Assembly (NCBI GenBank): GCA_903911825.1
Contig: CAIWFB010000216.1
Coordinates: forward strand, 1,317-65,316
From: an uncultured Verrucomicrobia subdivision 3 bacterium
GTDB lineage: Bacteria; Verrucomicrobiota; Verrucomicrobiia; Limisphaerales; UBA11358
Reading direction: 5' to 3'
Length of the DNA stretch: 64,000 bases
Shown here: one piece after another, positions 54,043 to 63,111 of the stretch
Layout: each line of letters starts with the position of its first letter
How positions within the stretch are numbered: position 1 is the stretch's first letter
Notes under the pieces: generated by a model
The model's input: the letters and a program-made list of their open reading frames with translations, nothing else
Databases searched by the model: none
Told to the model about the DNA's origin: nothing
Translations under genes and position numbers: made by a program

Positions 54043-55010
54043 AACAGATTGTTGGCCATGATGCCTAGCACGCTCAGAGGACCTTGATCCTCTAACCCAT
54101 CGGCGGCTTTGTCTAATTTTTGCAGGGAGAGTTTGGCATTTTTGTAAAATTCTTGCTCGTTCACGAGTTTGCCAAGCGTGCCTTGACCACCATTCACTTT
54201 GGAGAGGATAGAATTCAAATTGGTCATCGAAGCGGTGGCGGATGTAAAGAGCGTGTCGTCCGTAATCAGTTTCCCAATCGTGCCCTGACCCGCACTGATA
54301 TTATTGATCACACCTTTGGCGGTGGCTAAAACATCCTTAGCCGACGCGGCGGAATCTTGAAGGTTGGTGACCGTTGAAAGTGCGCTGGAATAAAGCGTGT
54401 CCTCATAGATCAGTTTCCCAATCGTGCCTTGACCAGCCGCAATCTGGCTAGAAACAGTTTTAATATTCGCAATCGTCGCGGTGAGCGGCGCGCTGTTTTG
54501 CTTCATGAAATCGGTGATTGGGCCGAGGATATTATCAATCTTATCACCCGAAAAAACTTTGGTGACGTTTTGAATCCCAGCGGCGGCATTATCTAGTTTA
54601 GCCATGATGGCACTCAGATCAGGCTGTTCACCGGTCTCTAAAATTGTTCCTTCCTCAGCCTTGGGCGCACCAGGTGAACCAAACGCCACCGCAACAAAGT
54701 TCTGACCCATCAAGCCGGTGAATTTAATGATGGCCTTGCTATCTGTTTTTACGACCGCCTCTGACTTCAATTTCATCGTCACGCTAACCTTGGTATCGGT
54801 GAGTGAAATTTTTTCGACGCGGCCGATTTCTACGCCAGCCATCTTGACACGATCGCCCACCTTCAGATCTTGCGCCGATTCAAACTGCGCGCTGATGTGG
54901 TAGCCGCGACTGAATAAATCTACCGTGCCGAGGGTTTCAACAATCGCCCAAGCCGCCATCACCGCCAGGATGACAAAGACGCCCAGTTTAGTTTCTAAGG
55001 AATTTTTCAT
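54039..55010 (-). CDS. mlaD: MlaD/MCE-family substrate-binding protein with a repeat-containing C-terminal extension
   Basis: N-terminal TM plus an MCE domain (…GDRVKMAGVEIGRVEKI…), then three GQGT(I/L)GKL(I/V)x(D/E)… repeats. Confidence 0.8.
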   Translation of the reverse strand: MKNSLETKLGVFVILAVMAAWAIVETLGTVDLFSRGYHISAQFESAQDLKVGDRVKMAGVEIGRVEKISLTDTKVSVTMKLKSEAVVKTDSKAIIKFTGLMGQNFVAVAFGSPGAPKAEEGTILETGEQPDLSAIMAKLDNAAAGIQNVTKVFSGDKIDNILGPITDFMKQNSAPLTATIANIKTVSSQIAAGQGTIGKLIYEDTLYSSALSTVTNLQDSAASAKDVLATAKGVINNISAGQGTIGKLITDDTLFTSATASMTNLNSILSKVNGGQGTLGKLVNEQEFYKNAKLSLQKLDKAADGLEDQGPLSVLGIMANNLF

Positions 55011-55022
55011 AAGCAGAACAGT

Positions 55023-55778
55023 TTAGTTTTCGCGTTTAAAATCAATGTGCAGAAATTTTTGCACGAGCGGATCATTGAATCTTTTGACTTCGTCCGGCGT
55101 GCCCACCGTTAGAATTTTACCTTCATTTATTACCGCAATCCGATCAGCCACTCCGAAGGCCAGATCGCGGTCATGAGAAACGACAATGGAGGTCACATGA
55201 ATTCGCTTTTTAAGATCCAAAATTTCCTCGCCGATGATGACAGAGGATAGCGGATCCAACTCACTCGTCGGCTCGTCATAAAGAATGACCTGCGGTTCGC
55301 TGACCAGCGCGCGCGCGATGGCCACCCGCTTCCGCATGCCGCCGGATAACTCAGAAGGCATTTTGTGAATCGCGTCCTTCAGCCCTACGTCGGCCAGTTT
55401 TTCGACCACAATTTGCTGAATCTCTTCCAGTGATTTCAGCCGGTGCTCGGTCAAATAAAGTCCCACATTTTCACCGACGGTCAACGAATTGAGCAGCGCG
55501 CCAGATTGGAACACCAGTGCCATGCGGTATTTGGAAACGATTTCCGGCGCGGTGACTTGTTCGCCATTGATAAAAATTTCGCCAGCATCCGGCTCTTCTA
55601 AGCCAATGAGGTGTTTGAGCAAAACACTTTTTCCACTACCGCTTGGCCCCATGATGACAAAAATTTCGCCCGGTTTGACTTCGAGATCGACGCCGTTGAG
55701 CACGGGCTGGCCGCCAAAACTTTTGTGCAGGCCGCGCACCACTAAGCCGACCCCGGGATGATTATTTAGGCTGCTCAT
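55023..55778 (-). CDS. mlaF: ABC transporter ATP-binding protein, MlaF-like
   Basis: Walker A GPSGSGKS, signature LSGGMRKR and Walker B ILYDEPTS. Confidence 0.85.
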   Translation of the reverse strand: MSSLNNHPGVGLVVRGLHKSFGGQPVLNGVDLEVKPGEIFVIMGPSGSGKSVLLKHLIGLEEPDAGEIFINGEQVTAPEIVSKYRMALVFQSGALLNSLTVGENVGLYLTEHRLKSLEEIQQIVVEKLADVGLKDAIHKMPSELSGGMRKRVAIARALVSEPQVILYDEPTSELDPLSSVIIGEEILDLKKRIHVTSIVVSHDRDLAFGVADRIAVINEGKILTVGTPDEVKRFNDPLVQKFLHIDFKREN

Positions 55779-55779
55779 T

Positions 55780-56517
55780 TTATTTCACAAGAAACCGGGT
55801 GAGGAGATAATCAAAAACAACGATGAGCACGATGGAATTCACCACCGCCTTGGTCACGGAACGACCAATGCCGCGGGGGCCACCAATCGTCGTCAAACCC
55901 TGATGGCAAGAAACGGTGCCGATAATTAGGGCAAAACAGAAACTTTTGAAAACTCCATGAACCACGTCTTTCAAGGCGACAATGTTTTGCAGGTCGGTAA
56001 AGAAGGCGCGCAGGGGAATCTGCATTTGGTGATTTAAGTCGGCCACGACAGCCCCGCCAAACCAGCCCACCAGAATGGAAAAAATCACCAGCAATGGCAC
56101 CGCAGCGGCAATTGCTAAAATGCGCGGCAACACCAAATAATGAATCGGGTTGATATTCATCGTGCGCAACGCATCAATTTCTTGGTAGACACGCATTGAG
56201 CCGATTTCTGCCGCCATAGCCGAACCAATCCGCCCCGCGATCAGAATGGCCATCATTACGGGGGCCAGCTCTTTGGCGATGGCAATCCCAACCACACCGC
56301 CCACGGCACTGGCCAGGCTACGCTCCACCAGCACCGGGCCCGTCTGTAAGGCAATGACGGCACCAATAAAAAATGAAAGCACGCAAACCATGAGCAAGCT
56401 GGCGTTGCCAATCTCAAAAAACTGCTCATAGACTTTTTGTCGCTGCCGCCACGTTTGCGGGAGAGCCAGCAACGTGCGCCAAAACAAAAGAATTACTTCA
56501 CCAATGCTTTCAAACAT
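55780..56517 (-). CDS. mlaE: ABC transporter permease, MlaE-like
   Basis: …AKELAPVMMAILIAGRIGSAMAAEIGSMRVYQEIDALRTMNINP…. Confidence 0.85.
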   Translation of the reverse strand: MFESIGEVILLFWRTLLALPQTWRQRQKVYEQFFEIGNASLLMVCVLSFFIGAVIALQTGPVLVERSLASAVGGVVGIAIAKELAPVMMAILIAGRIGSAMAAEIGSMRVYQEIDALRTMNINPIHYLVLPRILAIAAAVPLLVIFSILVGWFGGAVVADLNHQMQIPLRAFFTDLQNIVALKDVVHGVFKSFCFALIIGTVSCHQGLTTIGGPRGIGRSVTKAVVNSIVLIVVFDYLLTRFLVK

Positions 56518-56519
56518 AT

Positions 56520-58001
56520 TTATTTAGCCGACGTTGAGGGAAAGTTGACGTAGAACCAGCGCGACCGCCGCGTTTCCTTATCCGATTGATACTGGAAAAG
56601 TCCGAACAGGAGCGAGAATTTTTTATGGTCCGGGGCCGTTTCGCGCCGATAAAGATTCCAGAACAAAGACTGACTGGCCGATTGGGTTTTCAAATTTGTC
56701 TCGGCTCGCCAGAGCGACCACAGCGGCGACCAGTTTCGCTCGATACCGCGATTGTTTGGCACTGCAGGCTCTAGCGGGGCGAGGATTTGCAAGCGTTCGT
56801 TGCCATTGAAGTCCCGGTGCCAGGTGAACAATGGCCAAACATCTATGCGCTTTTTGGCAGCGCTGGTCTGCGTATTTTTTTCCTCGGAATTAACGAAAAG
56901 AAACAGCGCGAAACGCGCGGTATGTTGATCTAGGGGATCGGAATGCGTGCGGCGATAGGTGTAAAGCGGCCAGACATACGAATCGCTCTGTTTCACCAAA
57001 TTGTGAGACTGACTAAACAAAGGCCAAATGCGCGAAGTATGCTTACCTTCGCCGCGGGTAAAAATCACGAACGGATAAGGGCCTTCCCATTCGTGGTATT
57101 TCTTTTCACGGTCATCAATCCAAGCAAAGAACGGCCAGATCACTGAAGTATAATCGCGTTGCGGCGACCGCGAATAAGCATAAAAAGGGAACGTGGCGCG
57201 GAACTTTTCAGGGTTCTCGGTGCCGATGCCCGTATCTTGCTTGAGGTGCAGCGGCCAGAGAAAAAATCTTTTGTCATGGCCAGCCACCAAACTAATGTCG
57301 CCAAAACCGTTGGTGGCCTGAGTAACCTCCTTATGTTCGTGACCGACAATGGGCCATACCTGCCAACCATTCAAACCCTCGCCGTGCCGGACATGGACAA
57401 AGGGATAAACATAATTATCGGTGATGACATCACGTTTACGCGTTTCGCTGTAAATGGGAAACATGACAAAATCCATCTCATCGTGGAAAAGACGGTTGTT
57501 GAGGTGGCCGTAAAAGGGAAAAACCGCAGTATAATTTAGCTTCGGCTCGGCGGCACGCTGTTGAAAATAGAAGGGAAACACAGTGAAGCGTTTCACCTGG
57601 GTTTCATCTGGCTCTTGCCCGCCCGCAAAACTTAATAGTTGAAATAGTTGCCAGCGATTTTCTAATCCGTAATGGATATGAGTCAAAAGCGGGTAAAAAT
57701 AATCATCTTCGTGCGCCGGGATGGCGGTGTCACGATTGCAGGAATAAAACGGTGGCCAGGCCCAGGTGGTGTTTGATTCGAGATGTTCGGAATAAAAAAA
57801 TGGCCCCGCCGCTTCGGTGCGATAACCCTCTTCTAAGGTCAGCTTAAACCGCTCAAACACGAATCCGTAGGCAGAATCCGCAGCCCAAAGTTTTCCCTGC
57901 ACGCACCCAAAAATCGCCGCAACAATCACCAAACAAAGCAAATGCAGAAATTTCTGCTTTTGCATTTTTGACTTCGTTATCGTTATTGGGTATCTAATCA
58001 T
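56520..58001 (-). CDS. Secreted/lipoprotein-like repeat protein with ~15 aromatic-Pro motifs, unknown family
   Basis: Signal peptide (MQKQKFLHLLCLVIVAAIFGC, probable start 57965). Recurrent (V/I/F)(W/F/Y)P(F/L/I)(F/Y) motifs. 2-nt gap to mlaE. Confidence 0.8.
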   Translation of the reverse strand: MIRYPITITKSKMQKQKFLHLLCLVIVAAIFGCVQGKLWAADSAYGFVFERFKLTLEEGYRTEAAGPFFYSEHLESNTTWAWPPFYSCNRDTAIPAHEDDYFYPLLTHIHYGLENRWQLFQLLSFAGGQEPDETQVKRFTVFPFYFQQRAAEPKLNYTAVFPFYGHLNNRLFHDEMDFVMFPIYSETRKRDVITDNYVYPFVHVRHGEGLNGWQVWPIVGHEHKEVTQATNGFGDISLVAGHDKRFFLWPLHLKQDTGIGTENPEKFRATFPFYAYSRSPQRDYTSVIWPFFAWIDDREKKYHEWEGPYPFVIFTRGEGKHTSRIWPLFSQSHNLVKQSDSYVWPLYTYRRTHSDPLDQHTARFALFLFVNSEEKNTQTSAAKKRIDVWPLFTWHRDFNGNERLQILAPLEPAVPNNRGIERNWSPLWSLWRAETNLKTQSASQSLFWNLYRRETAPDHKKFSLLFGLFQYQSDKETRRSRWFYVNFPSTSAK

Positions 58002-58081
58002 TCCGGTTTAGCCAAAAAATGGCGGCAATTAACATTGACTTTGGCGGTTCAAGCCTTTATTCTGGGTAGCAGTTGAGGTTT

Positions 58082-60898
58082 TTACCTCGGTTCCTCCTGA
58101 CCTGGTGTCGACCTTGTGTCGGCACTGGGTTTTTTATTTAGCGGTGTTCGCCACTGTCCAATTAGCCCCAGCAAAGCTGGCACAAAAGTTAATCCTGCTA
58201 GCATACAGGTTGCAATCCCAACTGACATGATAATGCCCAGACTGTGAATTCCCTGATGTTGCGCCAAAATCAGACTGCCGAAACCCGCGATGGCCGTCAA
58301 TCCCGACACCAACACCGCCTTGCCGGTGCTGCGAGAGAGAATACTCGGAGTCCGCTCTTCTGCATAGCGATTCAGAATGTGAATCCCATTTGTCACACCA
58401 ATGCCGATGACCAATGGTAAGGTCATGATGTTCGCCGGATTGAATGGCACGCCCAACGCGCCCATCAAACCCGTCAGCCAAAGCGTGCCTAGGCCGACAG
58501 GTATCAACGCCAAAATGACCGCCACCAGACTACGAAAGTGAAAGAGCACCATCACCGCAATTGCCACTAAGGAATACCAAGCGGCCACGATATAGCTATC
58601 CTTGAGCAGGGTAGTGTATTCCAGTAATTGCACCGGTGTGCCCGTGATGATGGGTTTGTTTTCGTCTTGCGGATCCAGTTTAGTGCGCAGGGCGGTGATA
58701 AATTCCTGCTGTTCATCCCGCTGCCAGACATCTTTTTTGGGATAAATCTGCAACAGAAATTTCCCATGCACCCCCACAAACCGATTTTTTAACGCCGGTG
58801 GTAAATCTTCAATCCGCAAAGGCGCTCGATCATCTTGCAGTTGCAACACCTGAAAAGTCGTCCGCAAATCCTCAAACAAAGCCTGCTGATACTGGCCAAG
58901 TTTTTCGGAACGCTCTTCGATGGCCAACGTATCGCCCGCGAGCATTGCCCGGCGAAAATCTTGAATCGTCAGCTGCAACGACGCCAATTGGCGGGCTAAT
59001 TCAGGCTCACTATCGCCAACCTCCACCCGCGCCTGACCAAGATAACCAGCAAAAGAATAGAGCGTCCGGCTCAACGAATAAATATCGACCGCGTGCATAT
59101 CCGGCGGGCTGAACTGTAATGGGGCCACAATTTCTTTGATGCCTGCAATGAGCCGTAATTTTTCGCCTTGTTCCTGATGTAGAAAGCCGGCGATCGATTG
59201 CACGTCGGCTACGACGTTAGTGAGGGTGCGAATTTCTTTTTCCAAACGGACCGCTTCGTCCAAATCATCGGCCACCACCGCCCCGAATAACACGGATTTG
59301 TCAGCCGAGGTAATCAGCTTCTTTTCGTAGATCACCGCCGGCAAACCGCTGCTCTGCATGTTCAAGAGATTATAATCAAACACCACCCGGCGTGATTCAT
59401 AGGCGGCTATGACGCTGATGACCAAAATAATCAGCGTCACCAGCACCGGACGTTGTAGCCAATAATTTTCAATCCGCGCCCGCTTGTTGGCGGCGCTCAC
59501 CTGATGATCGATGACGTTTTGTTTTCCGCGCAACAGCAACACCGGCAAAATCGTCATCATCGGAATGAAACAAATCATCAAGCCGCCGCCACAGATGACC
59601 CCCATTTCCCGGATGCCTTTGAAATCCGTGAACGCCATTGCCGCAAACGCCCCCGCCGTCGTGAGCGCCCCCGTGAAGATTCCCTGCCCCGTGAAAACCA
59701 TCGCTTTGGTGAGCGCCTCGTGCTCGGTTTTGCCGTGGCGCAATTCCTCCTCGTAACGCGTGATCAGATGCACGCCAAAATCAATCGCCAGCCCAATCAA
59801 CATTGGCAAAAACGTGATCGTCAAAATATTCAGGTGCCCCACCGTAAGCGTGGCAAAGGCGAATGTGTAGGCCAGTCCGAACAGGAGACAAATGATCGCC
59901 TTGATGGGGCGTCCCGTTTCGTTGTAGCCGTAGATAAAAATGAGGGCGACCAACACGAGCGAGACCACGCCCGCCAGAATCGTATCGGTTTGCGACTGCG
60001 CCATTTCATCCAACTCCAGCACCGGTTCACCGGTGAGCCCGGCATTGACGCCCGAGACTTCTTTTTTGGTTTCTGCGATCAGTTGGCGGATTCGTTCTAC
60101 GGCGGCTTCATTCAAATCGGCGCGCGGCGCATGGGCGGTAGCGAGGAAAATTTTTCCGTGGTTAAAGGTGATATACGTTTCGGCCACCGCCTCATCGCCC
60201 GCATTGAATAAAGCCGTTACGCCCGGCGATGGCGGCGACCCGGCGCGCCCCAAACTTTCGCGCGCTTGCTGTAAAATCCGCTCCAAGGCGGGCAATGATT
60301 TGACCAGCGATTCCGTCTGAGCATTCGTCTCACGAGGAGCCGTGCGGAACTGCGTGTTGACCTGTTCAAAAAAGGAAATCAGGTTCGTGGTCTGGGAAAA
60401 TTTTTGGATGAAGGGGAGATCGTCTTTCAGCGTGTCGCGCAATCCGACCAAATCCTTTTCCGGCACGAATAACAACGCTTTTTTACCCATCATCGGCAGG
60501 TCGCCCTTAAAGAAAACGTCCTTGAAAAGGTGGATTGAGGCCGTTTCCTTGCTGTCTGGTTTCACGGGCGCCACGATGAGCGCCGCTTCCATGCGCACCC
60601 CTAAGCGCTCCACAAACTGCCGGTTTTTTTCGACGTCCTCGCTTTCAACCACGACGACCAGATCATCTTGCTGCGTGAATTCCTTTTGAAACTCGAGGTA
60701 GTTGTGGTGATACCGCTTATTCCCGCCGACGAGATTATTGCGGTCAGTATCAAATTCCAAAAAACCTACCGTTACCGCAATCGCCGCGAAGAACAGCACC
60801 ACTTGCGGCCAGAAAAACCACCGAGGATAGCGGATCACGGCGGCGGCTAGTCGGGCCAGCAGCCGTCCAAGAAAACCGTCTGCGCTCAACGCCTTCAT
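58082..60898 (-). CDS. MMPL/RND-superfamily transporter (HpnN-like architecture)
   Basis: 938 aa in two halves, each with a large extracytoplasmic domain followed by about 6 TM helices. …LIGLAIDFGVHL… and …GIGVTNGIHIL…. Confidence 0.8.
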   Translation of the reverse strand: MKALSADGFLGRLLARLAAAVIRYPRWFFWPQVVLFFAAIAVTVGFLEFDTDRNNLVGGNKRYHHNYLEFQKEFTQQDDLVVVVESEDVEKNRQFVERLGVRMEAALIVAPVKPDSKETASIHLFKDVFFKGDLPMMGKKALLFVPEKDLVGLRDTLKDDLPFIQKFSQTTNLISFFEQVNTQFRTAPRETNAQTESLVKSLPALERILQQARESLGRAGSPPSPGVTALFNAGDEAVAETYITFNHGKIFLATAHAPRADLNEAAVERIRQLIAETKKEVSGVNAGLTGEPVLELDEMAQSQTDTILAGVVSLVLVALIFIYGYNETGRPIKAIICLLFGLAYTFAFATLTVGHLNILTITFLPMLIGLAIDFGVHLITRYEEELRHGKTEHEALTKAMVFTGQGIFTGALTTAGAFAAMAFTDFKGIREMGVICGGGLMICFIPMMTILPVLLLRGKQNVIDHQVSAANKRARIENYWLQRPVLVTLIILVISVIAAYESRRVVFDYNLLNMQSSGLPAVIYEKKLITSADKSVLFGAVVADDLDEAVRLEKEIRTLTNVVADVQSIAGFLHQEQGEKLRLIAGIKEIVAPLQFSPPDMHAVDIYSLSRTLYSFAGYLGQARVEVGDSEPELARQLASLQLTIQDFRRAMLAGDTLAIEERSEKLGQYQQALFEDLRTTFQVLQLQDDRAPLRIEDLPPALKNRFVGVHGKFLLQIYPKKDVWQRDEQQEFITALRTKLDPQDENKPIITGTPVQLLEYTTLLKDSYIVAAWYSLVAIAVMVLFHFRSLVAVILALIPVGLGTLWLTGLMGALGVPFNPANIMTLPLVIGIGVTNGIHILNRYAEERTPSILSRSTGKAVLVSGLTAIAGFGSLILAQHQGIHSLGIIMSVGIATCMLAGLTFVPALLGLIGQWRTPLNKKPSADTRSTPGQEEPR

Positions 60899-60905
60899 CA
60901 GCAGC

Positions 60906-61244
60906 TTAATTCACCTGCTCAACGAAGACCGCCGTGCCGTAGCACAACACTTCGGTGATACCGGGCGCAATTTCCGTGGCGTCGTAACGCACGCCGATCA
61001 CCGCGTTCGCGCCGAGCTGACCGGCGTGCGTGAGCATCATATTGAACGTGTCTTCCCGCGCGCGTTCGCACAGGTTCGTGTAGAGCGTAATGTTGCCGCC
61101 GAAGATACTTTGGATACTCGCGCCAATGTTCCCCACGATGGAGCGGGAACGCACGATGATGCCGCGCACGACGCCAAACGATTTCGTGGTGCGATAGCCC
61201 GGCAATTCAAACGCCGTTGTGGTCAGAGGATGGGTCTGGCTCAT
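60906..61244 (-). CDS. YbjQ/UPF0145-family protein
   Basis: Start at Met32 of the ORF. …[37 protein letters not shown]…[11 protein letters not shown]…. Confidence 0.8.
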   Translation of the reverse strand: MSQTHPLTTTAFELPGYRTTKSFGVVRGIIVRSRSIVGNIGASIQSIFGGNITLYTNLCERAREDTFNMMLTHAGQLGANAVIGVRYDATEIAPGITEVLCYGTAVFVEQVN

Positions 61245-61290
61245 AATCCACTGATTGAACACGACTGCGTCGTCAGGCAAAAGCGAATTC

Positions 61291-61710
61291 TCACGGCGAA
61301 AGGAACGCGAAGTTCGGCAGATTCCGCAGCCCGGCAAAAATTACCGCTGCGCCCAACAGCCACCAAAGAAATTTCGCGGGGAAAAATGCGCCATTTGCGT
61401 GGCCGCGCCAATGATTCCAGCCAAACTGAAGACCACGCATTAAGCTGAGCGCGAGCACTCCGACCAACAAAGCATTATCGCGAAGCGCCACCGTGAAATG
61501 GCCGTGCAGCAGGGCGTGGAGCGACCGCGTCATCCCGCACCCGGGACAATTCCAACCGGTAAGGCGGTGAAACTGGCAGACCGGGTAAAAAGCGCTCGTT
61601 GCGGGATTGAAAAAATACAGCACCGCTGCCCCAACGAGAACCACGGTCGCCACCAACAGCACCCAAATCCGCGCGTTCAGCGAATTTAACTTGGGCGGCA
61701 CCGCCTTCAT
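61291..61710 (-). CDS. DUF2752 membrane protein
   Basis: …[30 protein letters not shown]…. Confidence 0.75.
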   Translation of the reverse strand: MKAVPPKLNSLNARIWVLLVATVVLVGAAVLYFFNPATSAFYPVCQFHRLTGWNCPGCGMTRSLHALLHGHFTVALRDNALLVGVLALSLMRGLQFGWNHWRGHANGAFFPAKFLWWLLGAAVIFAGLRNLPNFAFLSP

Positions 61711-62196
61711 TCAGATGGGGCCGAGTTGACCAGGAAAGTGCAACGGCATCGTCGCTAGCTGGAGAAAGCCCAAACCAAAACTGACCAACAAACTAGATGC
61801 CGAGCAGATCAAACCCGCCAAGGCCAAGCCCCAGCCCGCTTGCTTCTCCACTTGCCCGTTGATTTGGATGAGCGCGACAATGGAGAAAACCAGCCCCAAG
61901 ATGTTGAACGGGCAGCCGCAGCAGCAGATGCAGGAAATTAGGCCGCAAATAAAACCGGCGGTCGCAAAGCCATTGTTATCGCCACCCGCCCGCTTCGGCG
62001 GGGCAATCACTGGTGGCGTGCCAGAAAAAGTTGGGGCAAATTCCGGCAACAGACCGATGAAGGTCCAATCCGCCGCACCTTCTAAAAAGATCGGTGTGCG
62101 GCTGTCGGCGCGACCTTGCGCGATCCATTCGCGCACTTTTTCCGCCGGCGCGGGGCCATAAGTTTTCCCGTCCTGTCCAATGATGCGATAGTTCAT
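61711..62196 (-). CDS. GYF_2 (DUF4339) domain + DUF4190-like Cys-rich membrane anchor
   Basis: Start at Met11 of the ORF. MNYRIIGQDGKTYGPAPAEKVREWIAQGRADSRTPIFLEGAADW… and …GLISCICCCGCPFNILGLVFSIVALI. Confidence 0.65.
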   Translation of the reverse strand: MNYRIIGQDGKTYGPAPAEKVREWIAQGRADSRTPIFLEGAADWTFIGLLPEFAPTFSGTPPVIAPPKRAGGDNNGFATAGFICGLISCICCCGCPFNILGLVFSIVALIQINGQVEKQAGWGLALAGLICSASSLLVSFGLGFLQLATMPLHFPGQLGPI

Positions 62197-62197
62197 A

Positions 62198-62989
62198 TCA
62201 TTCCTCTTCGCCGTGGCGCGCGCCACTGTCTGAGCAGACGCCGCGCTTGGTCACAGCTACAAATTCTAACACAGTTTTCGCCGCCGGGCTGGTGAAAATC
62301 GCCTGCGCCACCTGCACCGCCTCGCGAATATTTTTCCCGCTACGAAACAGGGCGTGATAGAGCTTGCGCAATTCCAGCCGCTGTTCTGAAGTAAAGCCCG
62401 CGCGCCGCAAGCCCACTGCATTCAAGCCACAAATCGTATTGTCACCAGTCGCGATGCAGAACGGCGGCAAATCCTGGCTGACGGCCGAACCGCCCTGCAT
62501 GATGGCCAGCGTGCCGACGCGCGTGAATTGATGCACGAGACAATTGCCGGAGATAAAAACGCGATCTTGCACGGTGGCGTGGCCACCGAGCAGCGCACCG
62601 TTCGCGAGAATCACGTGATTGCCCACGACGCAATTATGCGCGATATGCGCGTTGGCCATGATGAAATTATGCGAGCCAACCACCGTGGTGTCTTCGACTT
62701 TAGTGGCGCGGTTGACCGTAACGTGTTCGCGAAAGACGTTGTGATCACCAATCACCAAGCGCGTGGGCTCATCTTTGTATTTTAAATCTTGCGGGGCATC
62801 GCCAATGACGCAGCCCGCATGAAATTGATTACCCGCACCAATTCTCGTCACGCCGGCCAGATACACGTGCGGCCCCACGACACAGTCCGCGCCCAATTCC
62901 ACTGCCGCATCAATCACCGCGAATGGCCCCACACGGACGTTGGTCCCAAGTTTCGCCTGCGGATGAATGGAAGCGGTCGGATGAATCAT
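62198..62989 (-). CDS. lpxA: Acyl-ACP--UDP-N-acetylglucosamine O-acyltransferase
   Basis: Start at Met11 of the ORF (MIHPTASIHPQAKLG…). Hexapeptide helix plus a C-terminal helical domain (…GLNAVGLRRAGFTSEQRLELRKLYHALF). Confidence 0.9.
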   Translation of the reverse strand: MIHPTASIHPQAKLGTNVRVGPFAVIDAAVELGADCVVGPHVYLAGVTRIGAGNQFHAGCVIGDAPQDLKYKDEPTRLVIGDHNVFREHVTVNRATKVEDTTVVGSHNFIMANAHIAHNCVVGNHVILANGALLGGHATVQDRVFISGNCLVHQFTRVGTLAIMQGGSAVSQDLPPFCIATGDNTICGLNAVGLRRAGFTSEQRLELRKLYHALFRSGKNIREAVQVAQAIFTSPAAKTVLEFVAVTKRGVCSDSGARHGEEE

Positions 62990-62996
62990 TTTCAGC

Positions 62997-63026
62997 CACA
63001 GATAAACACAGATAAACACAGATGAA
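62997..63026. repeat. Three tandem 10-bp direct repeats upstream of lpxA
   Basis: cacagataaa cacagataaa cacagatgaa, beginning 8 nt upstream of the lpxA ATG. Confidence 0.7.
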
Positions 63027-63111
63027 AATTGAATTTTGCCGACGTTGCCGTAGCCAAGCTCAGACGAAGAAACTTTGTGCCTTGGTGTCTTCGTGGTTAA
63101 ATTGAAGAGTA

